Assembly (NCBI GenBank): GCA_963664225.1
Contig: OY760937.1
Span: forward strand, 2,400,001-2,464,000
DNA from: Verrucomicrobiia bacterium
GTDB lineage: Bacteria; Verrucomicrobiota; Verrucomicrobiia; Limisphaerales; UBA1319
Direction of reading: 5' to 3'
DNA length: 64,000 nucleotides
The notes under the pieces are model-generated. The model made no database searches and was not told the origin of the DNA. It saw only the letters and a list, made by a program, of their open reading frames with translations. Below are positions 28,658 to 36,946 of this stretch, one piece after another. A program made the position numbers and the translations under genes. How positions within the stretch are numbered: position 1 is the first letter of the stretch; every line of letters starts with the position of its first letter.

Positions 28658-28990
28658 TCAGGCCGCTTCGGCAAGCTTTTCCAATTTGGAAACGATCGCC
28701 CGTTTGCTCACAACCCCGCTGGTTTGGTCACGCACTTCGCCGCCCGAGAAATAGAGCAGCGTCGGAATCGATTGGATTCCAAAACGCGCCGTCAGCACAG
28801 GATTGGTGTCCACGTTGACCTTCGCGACTTTCGCCCGGCCGGCTTGTGCCGCCGCAATCTCGTCGAGCACCGGCCCGAGGATTCTGCACGGCCCGCACCA
28901 CTCGGCCCAAAAATCCACAAGGACGGGCTGGCTTGAATTTAAAACTTCTTTCTCAAAGTTTGCTTCGTTGATTTCAATGGTCGGCTTCAT
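28658..28990 (-). CDS. trxA: Thioredoxin
   Basis: VLVDFWAEWCGPCR, KVNVD, IQSIPTL. Confidence 0.95.
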   Translation of the reverse strand: MKPTIEINEANFEKEVLNSSQPVLVDFWAEWCGPCRILGPVLDEIAAAQAGRAKVAKVNVDTNPVLTARFGIQSIPTLLYFSGGEVRDQTSGVVSKRAIVSKLEKLAEAA

Positions 28991-29064
28991 AATTTGATTT
29001 CGGTTTTTTGTGTGTAAATGACGCTGGCTCCCATTCCCACTGCCAGCGGAATGACCCGGGTGGG

Positions 29065-29364
29065 TTACCGGATGCCTTGCTGATGCCGGTTCCAATCGGC
29101 AACCGCCTGCACCTTTTCCGTCGCAAGCGTCGGAAACAGCAGGTGTGGATACAGGGTCTGCCACGCCAGCGCCTCCGCTTCATTCACTGCGAGCTTCAAT
29201 AGGTGCTCCTGTGCCTTCAGCGTTTCGCGCGACTCGGCCAGGATGGCCTCTTTGGCATCGTGAATCTGCTTCAAGACCTTCTGACAGGATTCCAGGCAGG
29301 CGGTGCCGAACGCTCTTGCCGCACCCGTGTTTTCTTTGCCTTCATTCGACTGGTTCGTTTTCAT
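29065..29364 (-). CDS. Small helical hypothetical protein with a CxxxC motif
   Basis: 99 aa; CLESC and NEAEALAWQTLYPHLLFP; lies between rrf2 and trxA. Confidence 0.7.
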   Translation of the reverse strand: MKTNQSNEGKENTGAARAFGTACLESCQKVLKQIHDAKEAILAESRETLKAQEHLLKLAVNEAEALAWQTLYPHLLFPTLATEKVQAVADWNRHQQGIR

Positions 29365-29367
29365 ATA

Positions 29368-29386
29368 TGTAACCTATATGGTTACA
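29368..29386. promoter_or_regulatory. Candidate Rrf2 operator 1 (TGTAA-N9-TTACA)
   Basis: TGTAACCtatatGGTTACA, a perfect 7-bp inverted repeat 3 nt upstream of the ATG of the 99-aa gene. Confidence 0.7.
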
Positions 29387-29409
29387 CTCTCGCACAAAAA
29401 AAGAGCCCG

Positions 29410-29856
29410 TCAACTGTCCCTCTTTTTGCCGCAGTCACATGAGGCTTGCACCGCTTTCATCACATCCGCCAGGGTGGTCTTCGCCAGATCCCGTTCCATC
29501 GCCGTTTGCGCCGATTCAAACACCCGGCCCAGGGTTTCCTTGATGCAGTGGCCCACGGGACAGGCCGCGTTGGGTTTCCGCGCGGGTGTGGCAAACGACT
29601 CCACGGCTTCGACCGACCGGTAAACCTCCGCCATGTTGATGCGCTGGGGCGAACGGCTCAATCGGGACCCGGCCCCGGCCCCTTTGCAGGTTTCCACCAG
29701 CCGGGCCTTCTGCAGCGACAGCAGCAGCCTCCTGATGATCACCGGGTTGGTGTTCACGCTGTTCGCCAGGAAGGCGGAAGTGACCCGGTCGCCCTCCTTG
29801 TAAGCCAGGACCGCCAGCACATGCACGGCCATCGCGAACCGGCAGCTAGTTCTCAT
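29410..29856 (-). CDS. Rrf2-family regulator (YwnA/HypR/SifR-like, Cys-based)
   Basis: RFAMAVHVL, TSAFLANSVNTNPVIIRR, PNAACPVG. Confidence 0.9.
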   Translation of the reverse strand: MRTSCRFAMAVHVLAVLAYKEGDRVTSAFLANSVNTNPVIIRRLLLSLQKARLVETCKGAGAGSRLSRSPQRINMAEVYRSVEAVESFATPARKPNAACPVGHCIKETLGRVFESAQTAMERDLAKTTLADVMKAVQASCDCGKKRDS

Positions 29857-29873
29857 ATCGCATATGGTTATTA

Positions 29874-29900
29874 GGTAACCTCAACGATTACACCTGTCAA
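29874..29900 (-). promoter_or_regulatory. Candidate Rrf2 operator 2 next to a TTGACA -35 element
   Basis: Minus strand TTGACA-gg-TGTAAtcgttgaggTTACC upstream of rrf2; same half-sites and N9 spacing as operator 1. Confidence 0.6.
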
Positions 29901-29992
29901 ATGGCAATCCTGCGATGCCCACGAGCGAAAACCGAAAAAAAAGTCTCCAACCGCGAGCCTGGCGCGCAGTTGGAGGCGTTGCGGAAACGATA

Positions 29993-31039
29993 TTATTCCT
30001 TCACCCGTTTGGCGTCCCAGTCGAAGCTCCGGGCCTCGCCGCCAAAGGTGCCGTCGATCTTGCCCTTCAGGCTGTCGCCATCGGCCTTGCCCTTGTAGTT
30101 CATGGTGAATTTGTTGCCATTGAACTCACGCGTCACCTGGAAGGAGACCTCGCCCTCTTTTACCTGCCCATTCTCGATGGCCGTCTCGGTGTCGTTCCAG
30201 ATCGACACGCCGGTCAGCTTCTCGCCGTCCTGCTTGAGCTTGATCTTCCGGTCGGTGGTCTGCCCGTCGGGCCGGGTCATCGTCCATTGCCAGGTGCCGG
30301 TGACATCGGCGCTTTTCTCCCGTTTGGCCTCCCAATCGCGGCTGCGAGCCTGATCGCCGCTGCCCATTTCGATTTTGCCATTGATTGTATCGCCGCTGAT
30401 TTTGCCCGCGTATTTGGCGGTGAATTTCTCACCATTGCGCTCACGGGTCACCGTGAATGACACCTCCGCGCCGTCGATCTTTCCATCCTCGATGGCCGTT
30501 TCACCACGGCGGCCGGTCAGCGTTCCCGTCAATTTTCCGTCCTGCTGCTTCAGTTGCAGCGTTGAATCCATGGCCTGCCCGTTTTGCGGGGTGAAAGTCC
30601 ATTTCCATGTGCCCGTCGCATTCGCCGGAGCCGCCTCCCGTTTCGCCTCCCAATCCCGCGTGCGGGTCTGGCCATTGCGTTCGGATTCCGTCGAGCCTTT
30701 GATGGTATCGCCGCTCAATTTGCCCATGTACTTGGTGGTGGAACTCTGCCCATTGCGTTCCCGGGTGACCTGGAAGGAGATCGCATCATCCTGGATTTTG
30801 CCCGCCTCGATCGCGGTTTCGGTTCCTGTGCGGCCAATCATGGCGCCCGTGATTTTGTCGCCATCCTGCTTCAATTTAAGGGTGGCATCATAGGTCTGGT
30901 TGTTTTGGCCAGTGACGGTCCATTTCCACACGCCGGTGGCGTTGGGGGCTGCCGTGGCACTCGTCACGCTCAGATTGATGATGGTGGCCAGTAAAGCGAC
31001 CGCCGCTCCTTTTAGGCACCGTAAGAATAATGTTTTCAT
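29993..31039 (-). CDS. Secreted protein made of three tandem beta-rich repeats of about 105 aa
   Basis: Signal peptide; 3x TGxWxWT...LKQxxxKxTG...ETAIExG...SFxVTRE.NG...Y.GK..GD...G...DWxAKR. Confidence 0.85.
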   Translation of the reverse strand: MKTLFLRCLKGAAVALLATIINLSVTSATAAPNATGVWKWTVTGQNNQTYDATLKLKQDGDKITGAMIGRTGTETAIEAGKIQDDAISFQVTRERNGQSSTTKYMGKLSGDTIKGSTESERNGQTRTRDWEAKREAAPANATGTWKWTFTPQNGQAMDSTLQLKQQDGKLTGTLTGRRGETAIEDGKIDGAEVSFTVTRERNGEKFTAKYAGKISGDTINGKIEMGSGDQARSRDWEAKREKSADVTGTWQWTMTRPDGQTTDRKIKLKQDGEKLTGVSIWNDTETAIENGQVKEGEVSFQVTREFNGNKFTMNYKGKADGDSLKGKIDGTFGGEARSFDWDAKRVKE

Positions 31040-31297
31040 GAGTTTTTTGAGTTTTGCATTCTGTCATGCGTTAGGGGACAAAGACCATTTAAACCCCTCC
31101 GGCGGAAAATATCAAACCTGCATTGGACTAACCGCCAAAAATCTTCAGCCTTCTGAAACCCCTTCAATCGCATCACATTGAACGAAGTTTCGGCATCCCC
31201 GCCCCCGTGAATCTTGTGCTCGAACCCGCCGCTTCGCGCAACCGCCGGGTCCTTTCCTGTGCAAGCGGCCCAAAAACCTCCCAAATTATTTTTAGCA

Positions 31298-31316
31298 TTG
31301 GACAGTTATTGTCCAA
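31298..31316. promoter_or_regulatory. Perfect inverted repeat, candidate repressor site
   Basis: TTGGACA-gttat-TGTCCAA about 40 nt upstream of the small ORF at 31358. Confidence 0.55.
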
Positions 31317-31357
31317 CCCTGCCTGTCATGATGTGCGCTGTTAACGAAAGGCATGTT

Positions 31358-31561
31358 ATGCAGAATGAACAATTGGAAATGGAACTGCGTGTGGAAAAAC
31401 GGCGGCGGGAACTCCGGCGGCGCGTTCCCATGGGTGAGGCCCAATGGTGGTTCGAGCAGATGCGCCGCGCGGCGAATATCGCGTCGGACATGGCAAACCA
31501 GAACGCGACGGATGGCAACGCGCGTCTCTCTTCGTCCGACCTTTGTGCGGTGACGCGTTAA
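31358..31561 (+). CDS. Small hypothetical protein (QLEMEL ... AQWWFEQMRR)
   Basis: 67 aa; GAAAGG SD-like sequence before the ATG; fills the intergenic gap. Confidence 0.55.
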   Translation: MQNEQLEMELRVEKRRRELRRRVPMGEAQWWFEQMRRAANIASDMANQNATDGNARLSSSDLCAVTR

Positions 31562-31581
31562 GCGCCTGCCCCACCGCTATG

Positions 31582-34095
31582 CTAGGTTTTCGAGCTTGGT
31601 GATGGACGGCGTCCGACCCAGTAGAGATACAGCACCAGGATCGCAAACGGGATCATCGAGAGGGCGTCCGAATGGGCTCCCTCGAAGAAGGGATTGTGCG
31701 CGCTCATGAAGTCGGTGATCCTCTGGGTGGTGTTCGAGAGAACGCCCGCCATGAAGGCGATGAGAATGCCCGCGATGGCCCCTCCGGCAATGTAGCCTGA
31801 GGCCAGCAGCACGCCGGGGCCTTTATCGCCTTCCGCAGTCAATTGCTCGGGCGTGTAGGCGGGTCCCTTGTTTCTGCGCTTGAGATGCTGATCGACCAGC
31901 CACCGAATCATGCCGCCAATGAAAATGGGCGATGACGAGGAGAGCGGCAGATAGACACCCACCGCAAACGCCAGTGACGGAATCGAGGACATCTCGAGCA
32001 CCACCGCAATCATCACGCCGATGAGCACCAGGCCCCATGGCAGTTGCTGGCTGAGAATTCCCTTGATGATGTAGGACATCAGGGTGGCCTTGGGCGCGTC
32101 GAATTTGCTCACGAGGCTGCCGTCGGGTCGTCGGGTGTGAACGCCGTTGATGCCGGGATCGGCCAGATAGACGGCCACGCCCTGATTGTCGATGAGGTAG
32201 CGGCCTGCGGGCGCGCCCTTCAAATCGGTTTTGTGCCAGACGCGATAGGCATTCGTATCGGAAGCGGCCTGTGGACCGGTGAGTTTTTCAGGGGGGCCCA
32301 GTTTCGTGAGGTCGGCCTTCAAGTCCGAGGGGAAATTGCGTCGCACCCTCCACGCCGGTGCGCCGCCTTCCCGGACCAGGTATTCGCCCGGTTCGAGCCG
32401 GGGCGCGGTTTGCGGCGTTGTCTCCGCCTGTTCAGCGTTCACTTTCAGCAAATGCCAGGGACCCGGGGTGGGCGTGGCGTTGGTATAGAGAGGCAACTGG
32501 ACAAATCGGGCGGCCTCGATGGGCACGGTTTTCACCGCGGCCTCATAAGTAATCGGCGGCACATAGACCGCTCCCACGGCATTCAAGCGCAGCAGGATGG
32601 GACCCAGGATCAGCGCTGAACCGAGTGCGCCGATGAGAATGGAGATTTGTTGCAGGCGGGGTGTGGCCCCAATGAGAAAGCCTGTTTTAAGATCCTGCGA
32701 GGTCGTTCCGGCGTTTGAGGCCGCGATGCACACAATGCCGCCCACGGAGAGAGCGGTGATGTAATACGATGGGGCGGTCCAGCCGAGGATGAGGAAAATC
32801 AGGCACGTCAGGAGCAGCGTGGCGACCGTCATGCCGGAAATGGGGTTGGACGAGGAGCCGATTTCCCCGGTGAGCCGCGAGGAAACGGTGGCAAAGAGAA
32901 ATCCGAAGACCACGATGAGAATCGCGCCCGCCAGGTTCATGTGCAGCGGTTTGGCGATGACAATGGCCCCGAGCAACGCGAAAATACCGATCCCGACCCA
33001 CTTCAGGGACAAATCCTGTTCCGTGCGCAACACCTTGCTGCCGGCCTGCGCGGCGGGGCCCATCATTCCCAGGCTCTCCCGGATGCTGTGCCAGATGATG
33101 GGCAGGGAACGCAACAGGCTGATGATGCCCCCCGCGGCGACCGCCCCCGCGCCGATGTAGAGAATGTAAGCGCCGCGAATCTGATTGGGTTCCATTTCAC
33201 TGATGGGAATCGTTCCCGGCGCGAGCGGACCCGCCAGGCCGTCGCCGAAAAATTTGATGGCCGGAATGAGCACCAGGTAGGCGAGCACGCCGCCGCCGCA
33301 CATGATGGCACCCAGATACGGCCCGATGATGTAACCCACGCCCAGCAGTTCGGGCGAAATCTCCGCCGCCACGGACCCGCCTTTGAAAGTGGCGCCAAAG
33401 ATTTTCTCGGGAATTTCCTTCCAACCCTTGAAAGCCACCATGACCGCCTTGTAAATCAGGCCGATGGCAAAACCGGTGAAGATGGTGTTGGCGCCCCCAC
33501 CCTGTTCAATGTGCGCTCCGGGCGTCTGACCGTGGGCCACCGCCTGGGATTCCTCCGAGGCCCCGGCCTTCAAGACCTCCGCGCAGGCGGTGCCTTCCGG
33601 GTATTTGAGACGGCCATGCTGATGCACAATCAAGGCGCGACGTAGGGGGATCATCATCAAAATGCCCAGCAGTCCGCCCAGAACGGCCACCAGCATCACA
33701 CGCGCAATCTCCAGATCGAAGCCCAGGATCAATATCGCCGGCATGGTCACGCCCACGCCAAACGCGATCGATTCGCCCGCCGATCCGGCGGTTTGCACGA
33801 TATTGTTTTCCAGGATGGTCGCCGGTTTGAAACCCAGCTTGGAGAGCAGGCGGAACAGCGTGATCGAGATCACGGCCACCGGGATCGAGGCGCTGACGGT
33901 CAGGCCAACCTTGAGCACCAGGTAAAGGGAGGAGGCCCCAAACACCATGCCCAGCAGCGTGCCGACAATGACCGGCAACGCCGAGAACTCACGCAGATGC
34001 GCGCTCGCCGGGATGTAGGGTTGATACGACGCGCCCGCCTGCGGATCGGGCGTTCCCCCCGCCGGTGGCGTGCTGTTTGATTGCGTGTTGCTCAT
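31582..34095 (-). CDS. OPT-family oligopeptide transporter with a large soluble insertion
   Basis: LKVGLTVSASIP, ENNIVQT, YPEGTACAEVL, SSNPISG, SQDLKTG, APKATLM. Confidence 0.92.
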   Translation of the reverse strand: MSNTQSNSTPPAGGTPDPQAGASYQPYIPASAHLREFSALPVIVGTLLGMVFGASSLYLVLKVGLTVSASIPVAVISITLFRLLSKLGFKPATILENNIVQTAGSAGESIAFGVGVTMPAILILGFDLEIARVMLVAVLGGLLGILMMIPLRRALIVHQHGRLKYPEGTACAEVLKAGASEESQAVAHGQTPGAHIEQGGGANTIFTGFAIGLIYKAVMVAFKGWKEIPEKIFGATFKGGSVAAEISPELLGVGYIIGPYLGAIMCGGGVLAYLVLIPAIKFFGDGLAGPLAPGTIPISEMEPNQIRGAYILYIGAGAVAAGGIISLLRSLPIIWHSIRESLGMMGPAAQAGSKVLRTEQDLSLKWVGIGIFALLGAIVIAKPLHMNLAGAILIVVFGFLFATVSSRLTGEIGSSSNPISGMTVATLLLTCLIFLILGWTAPSYYITALSVGGIVCIAASNAGTTSQDLKTGFLIGATPRLQQISILIGALGSALILGPILLRLNAVGAVYVPPITYEAAVKTVPIEAARFVQLPLYTNATPTPGPWHLLKVNAEQAETTPQTAPRLEPGEYLVREGGAPAWRVRRNFPSDLKADLTKLGPPEKLTGPQAASDTNAYRVWHKTDLKGAPAGRYLIDNQGVAVYLADPGINGVHTRRPDGSLVSKFDAPKATLMSYIIKGILSQQLPWGLVLIGVMIAVVLEMSSIPSLAFAVGVYLPLSSSSPIFIGGMIRWLVDQHLKRRNKGPAYTPEQLTAEGDKGPGVLLASGYIAGGAIAGILIAFMAGVLSNTTQRITDFMSAHNPFFEGAHSDALSMIPFAILVLYLYWVGRRPSPSSKT

Positions 34096-34189
34096 GCGGT
34101 GGCGTCATTTCACATCACATGGGCCTCCAATGCAAGACCGTCCGCAGCGCAATCTCGTCATTTGGGAGGGAGGATTCGACGGCAATCCC

Positions 34190-34341
34190 GTTGTTTTAAG
34201 CGCTCGTCGAAATTGCTTGCCCCCTCTTTTTGGCGAGGCATAATATATACCTGTTGATTTGAGTCGGTTAAGATTTTCACCGACGTTGTTAAAAACCAGT
34301 TTGGCTGGCGACTGATGCACATCGCTTTGGTTGGCTGCCAT
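34190..34341 (-). mobile_element. Tyrosine-integrase N-terminal remnant adjacent to tRNA-Thr
   Basis: VGENLNRLKSTGIYYA..KRGGKQFRRALKT resembles an integrase N-terminal arm-binding segment; no catalytic domain follows; AT-rich. Confidence 0.55.
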
Positions 34342-34420
34342 GGAACAGTGTGCAGGGTGACAGGCCGAAATAAATCGACAGTTTAAATAAGCTTTAAGTT
34401 GCTTATTACAAAGTGGTTAT

Positions 34421-34495
34421 GCCAACTTAGCTCAGTGGTAGAGCAATGGTTTTGTAAACCATCGGTCGTCGGTTCAAATCCGACAGTTGGCTCCA
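34421..34495 (+). tRNA. tRNA-Thr(UGU)
   Basis: Acceptor GCCAACT/AGTTGGC, D-arm GCTC AGTGGTA GAGC, anticodon arm ATGGT-TT TGT AA-ACCAT, T-loop GGTTCAAATC, encoded CCA. Confidence 0.97.
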
Positions 34496-34680
34496 CTTTC
34501 TTCTTAATCTGATCGCTCCCCAATCCGGTGTCCGTGGAAAAGCGGAATCACGCAACCGATTGAGCCCAACGCGCGGCTCCATTCTCCCGCCCTGTGAGGC
34601 TCTGCTGGAGAGGGAGTCGTCATTTGACTTTTCACGCTGCCGGTTAATGTTATCGGACAAGCATTGGAGGAAGTTTTCTT

Positions 34681-36396
34681 ATGAAGAATCACATCGAAAA
34701 AGTCATAGTATGTGCGGGCCTTCTATTTTGTTCCACAGTTCTGGCCTCTGCCAACACGCTGGTCAGCTTTCAGGTGGACATGAGCACTGCCGGCTTCGAC
34801 CCGGCCACTCAAACGGTTTCCGCCCATGGATCGTTTAATGGCTGGACCACAGGAGTCCCCCTGACCAATAACCCGGCCGGTCCCAATCCATATCTGTGGA
34901 CCGGCGTTGCCGATGCGGCCACCAACGGTACGGTGATGGAATACAAGTATGTCATTGATCCAGGCACCTACGAAAGCATTCCCAAAGGCAATAATCGCCT
35001 GGCGACACTACCCACGACCAGCGGCGCGAGCCTGATCCTTCCAATGGTTTATTTCAACGATGTGCCCACGGCAGCGATCAGCGTCGATCTCACCTTTCAG
35101 GTTGATATGGCCCAGCAAATCAACATTGGCGCATTTACCCCCGGCACCTCGGTGGTGTATCCAAAGGGGACATTCAATAGCTGGGGAACCTACGATGGGA
35201 TGACGAACGATCCCACGATCTTGCGGACCAATCTGAACGGCCTGGTCTCCTCCAATGTCTATGTGGGCACCTACCCGGTCCTCGGCTCACCGGGCCAGAC
35301 CATGGATTACAAGTTCTATATCGACACCGGCGGCAAGTATGAAGATCTGGCCGCAGGTGCTGTCGATCCTTCCGACCACAACAATCGTTTTTTCAATCTC
35401 GCGGACGCGCCAGCGCAAAGCCTGCCTGTGGTGTTCTTTAGCGACGCCCCCTATTCCACGGCGATCACGAATGCAGTGACCTTTCAAGTGGACATGATCG
35501 TGCAGATCGAAAACGGGAATTTTGACCCCGCGCTCCATACGGTTGAGCTTCGCGGCAATTTCAACTCCTGGGGAACATCTCAAATCCTCTGCACCAACGA
35601 CCCCGCCGCGCCCGACACGAACATCTATCGGGCGGTCGTGAGCATCGTGGACAGCGCCAACGCCACGGAACAATACAAGTTCTGGTCCAGTTCGTCCATC
35701 GGCTGGGAAAACATGGCCAATAATCGCACCTTCCAGATGACCAATGCGCCCGCGCAAGCACTTCCAGTCGTTTACTTCAACAATGTCAGCATTAACGATG
35801 TTCTGCAGGAGGATACGGTCGTGACCTTTAGCATCAACATGACGAATGCAGTTGGAACCGACTCGCATTCATTTGACCCGTCCGTCGGCGATACGGTCTA
35901 TTTGAATGGCGTGCCCAATGGTTTTTTGAGCTGGGACACCTCGCTGCCTCAGTTGACCAATAATCCCGCCGACAGCCGGATTTATACGATCGAGATGCTC
36001 CTGCCCAAGGGAAGTCCTGTCGTTCAAAACTATAAGTACAGCATCAACGGCACGGACAACGAGGCCGCCCAAGGTAGCAACCACAACCGGGTCGTGCGCC
36101 GCGCGGGGACTTATGCACTGCCGCTGGATGTGTTCGGCACTCCATACGCGGAACCGTCTTTTGGTCCACTGGCCATTGGCGCCGTCGTCACCAACAGCGT
36201 GCCCGTCTCCTGGCTGGGCCGCCCGGGCGTACACCTTCAAACCGCCGCCGATCTGTCCGGTGGCAAATGGCAGGATCTGCCCGGCACCGACGGGGCGACC
36301 TGGACGAACGTGACCATGTCAACCAACGGCTTTGTGAGTGTGACTAACTATCCAACGGGCGCCACCCAGACATTCCTGCGCCTGATCAAGCGATAA
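34681..36396 (+). CDS. Secreted protein with four CBM20-like Ig-fold repeats and a C-terminal putative sorting domain
   Basis: Signal peptide; repeats starting VSFQVDM, LTFQVDM, VTFQVDM, VTFSINM with G-x-FN-x-W and YK(Y/F); ends TFLRLIKR. Confidence 0.75.
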   Translation: MKNHIEKVIVCAGLLFCSTVLASANTLVSFQVDMSTAGFDPATQTVSAHGSFNGWTTGVPLTNNPAGPNPYLWTGVADAATNGTVMEYKYVIDPGTYESIPKGNNRLATLPTTSGASLILPMVYFNDVPTAAISVDLTFQVDMAQQINIGAFTPGTSVVYPKGTFNSWGTYDGMTNDPTILRTNLNGLVSSNVYVGTYPVLGSPGQTMDYKFYIDTGGKYEDLAAGAVDPSDHNNRFFNLADAPAQSLPVVFFSDAPYSTAITNAVTFQVDMIVQIENGNFDPALHTVELRGNFNSWGTSQILCTNDPAAPDTNIYRAVVSIVDSANATEQYKFWSSSSIGWENMANNRTFQMTNAPAQALPVVYFNNVSINDVLQEDTVVTFSINMTNAVGTDSHSFDPSVGDTVYLNGVPNGFLSWDTSLPQLTNNPADSRIYTIEMLLPKGSPVVQNYKYSINGTDNEAAQGSNHNRVVRRAGTYALPLDVFGTPYAEPSFGPLAIGAVVTNSVPVSWLGRPGVHLQTAADLSGGKWQDLPGTDGATWTNVTMSTNGFVSVTNYPTGATQTFLRLIKR

Positions 36397-36497
36397 GCCC
36401 GTCCAATGTTCCAGCGGCCGTTTGAAGATGGCGCGGTTCTGAACAACGGAGCCGTTTTCGACTGGCTCAGCGGGCGCATTTCTGGCAAAAGGAATTC

Positions 36498-36866
36498 ATG
36501 GTCGGTCATGAAAATGCCAGTGATGGCCCGCAGGAATTTGGACACAATCCATTTGCGGCGTTGAACAGTGCCGGGTTGCCACCGGGTCCTCAGGACTCCT
36601 CAACAAAGGCGCCGACGAAGAATCGCGGACGGGTGGACATCATACGACAGAAGGCGGGCCGCGGAGGAAAGACCGTGACCGTGGTGACCCATTTCGTGGG
36701 CATTGGTCTGCCCGAAAAAGAGAAACTGGCCAAACAAATGCAGAAGACCTGCGGCACCGGCGGCACCGTGAAGGACGGCCAGATTGAAATCCAAGGCGAC
36801 AAGCGGGAGGAAGTCGCGCGCATATTGATCGAGGCTGGCTTCCGACCGGTGTTTGCCGGGGGCTGA
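36498..36866 (+). CDS. yciH: SUI1/YciH translation initiation factor
   Basis: GRGGKTVTVV, CGTGGTVKDGQIEIQGD. Confidence 0.9.
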   Translation: MVGHENASDGPQEFGHNPFAALNSAGLPPGPQDSSTKAPTKNRGRVDIIRQKAGRGGKTVTVVTHFVGIGLPEKEKLAKQMQKTCGTGGTVKDGQIEIQGDKREEVARILIEAGFRPVFAGG

Positions 36867-36946
36867 GGGTCCGCCGCAAATTGCGATGATGGGCGGGTTC
36901 AGAACCAAGACTCCCCGCGCCATCCCCTCTCAACAATTCGTCCGCC

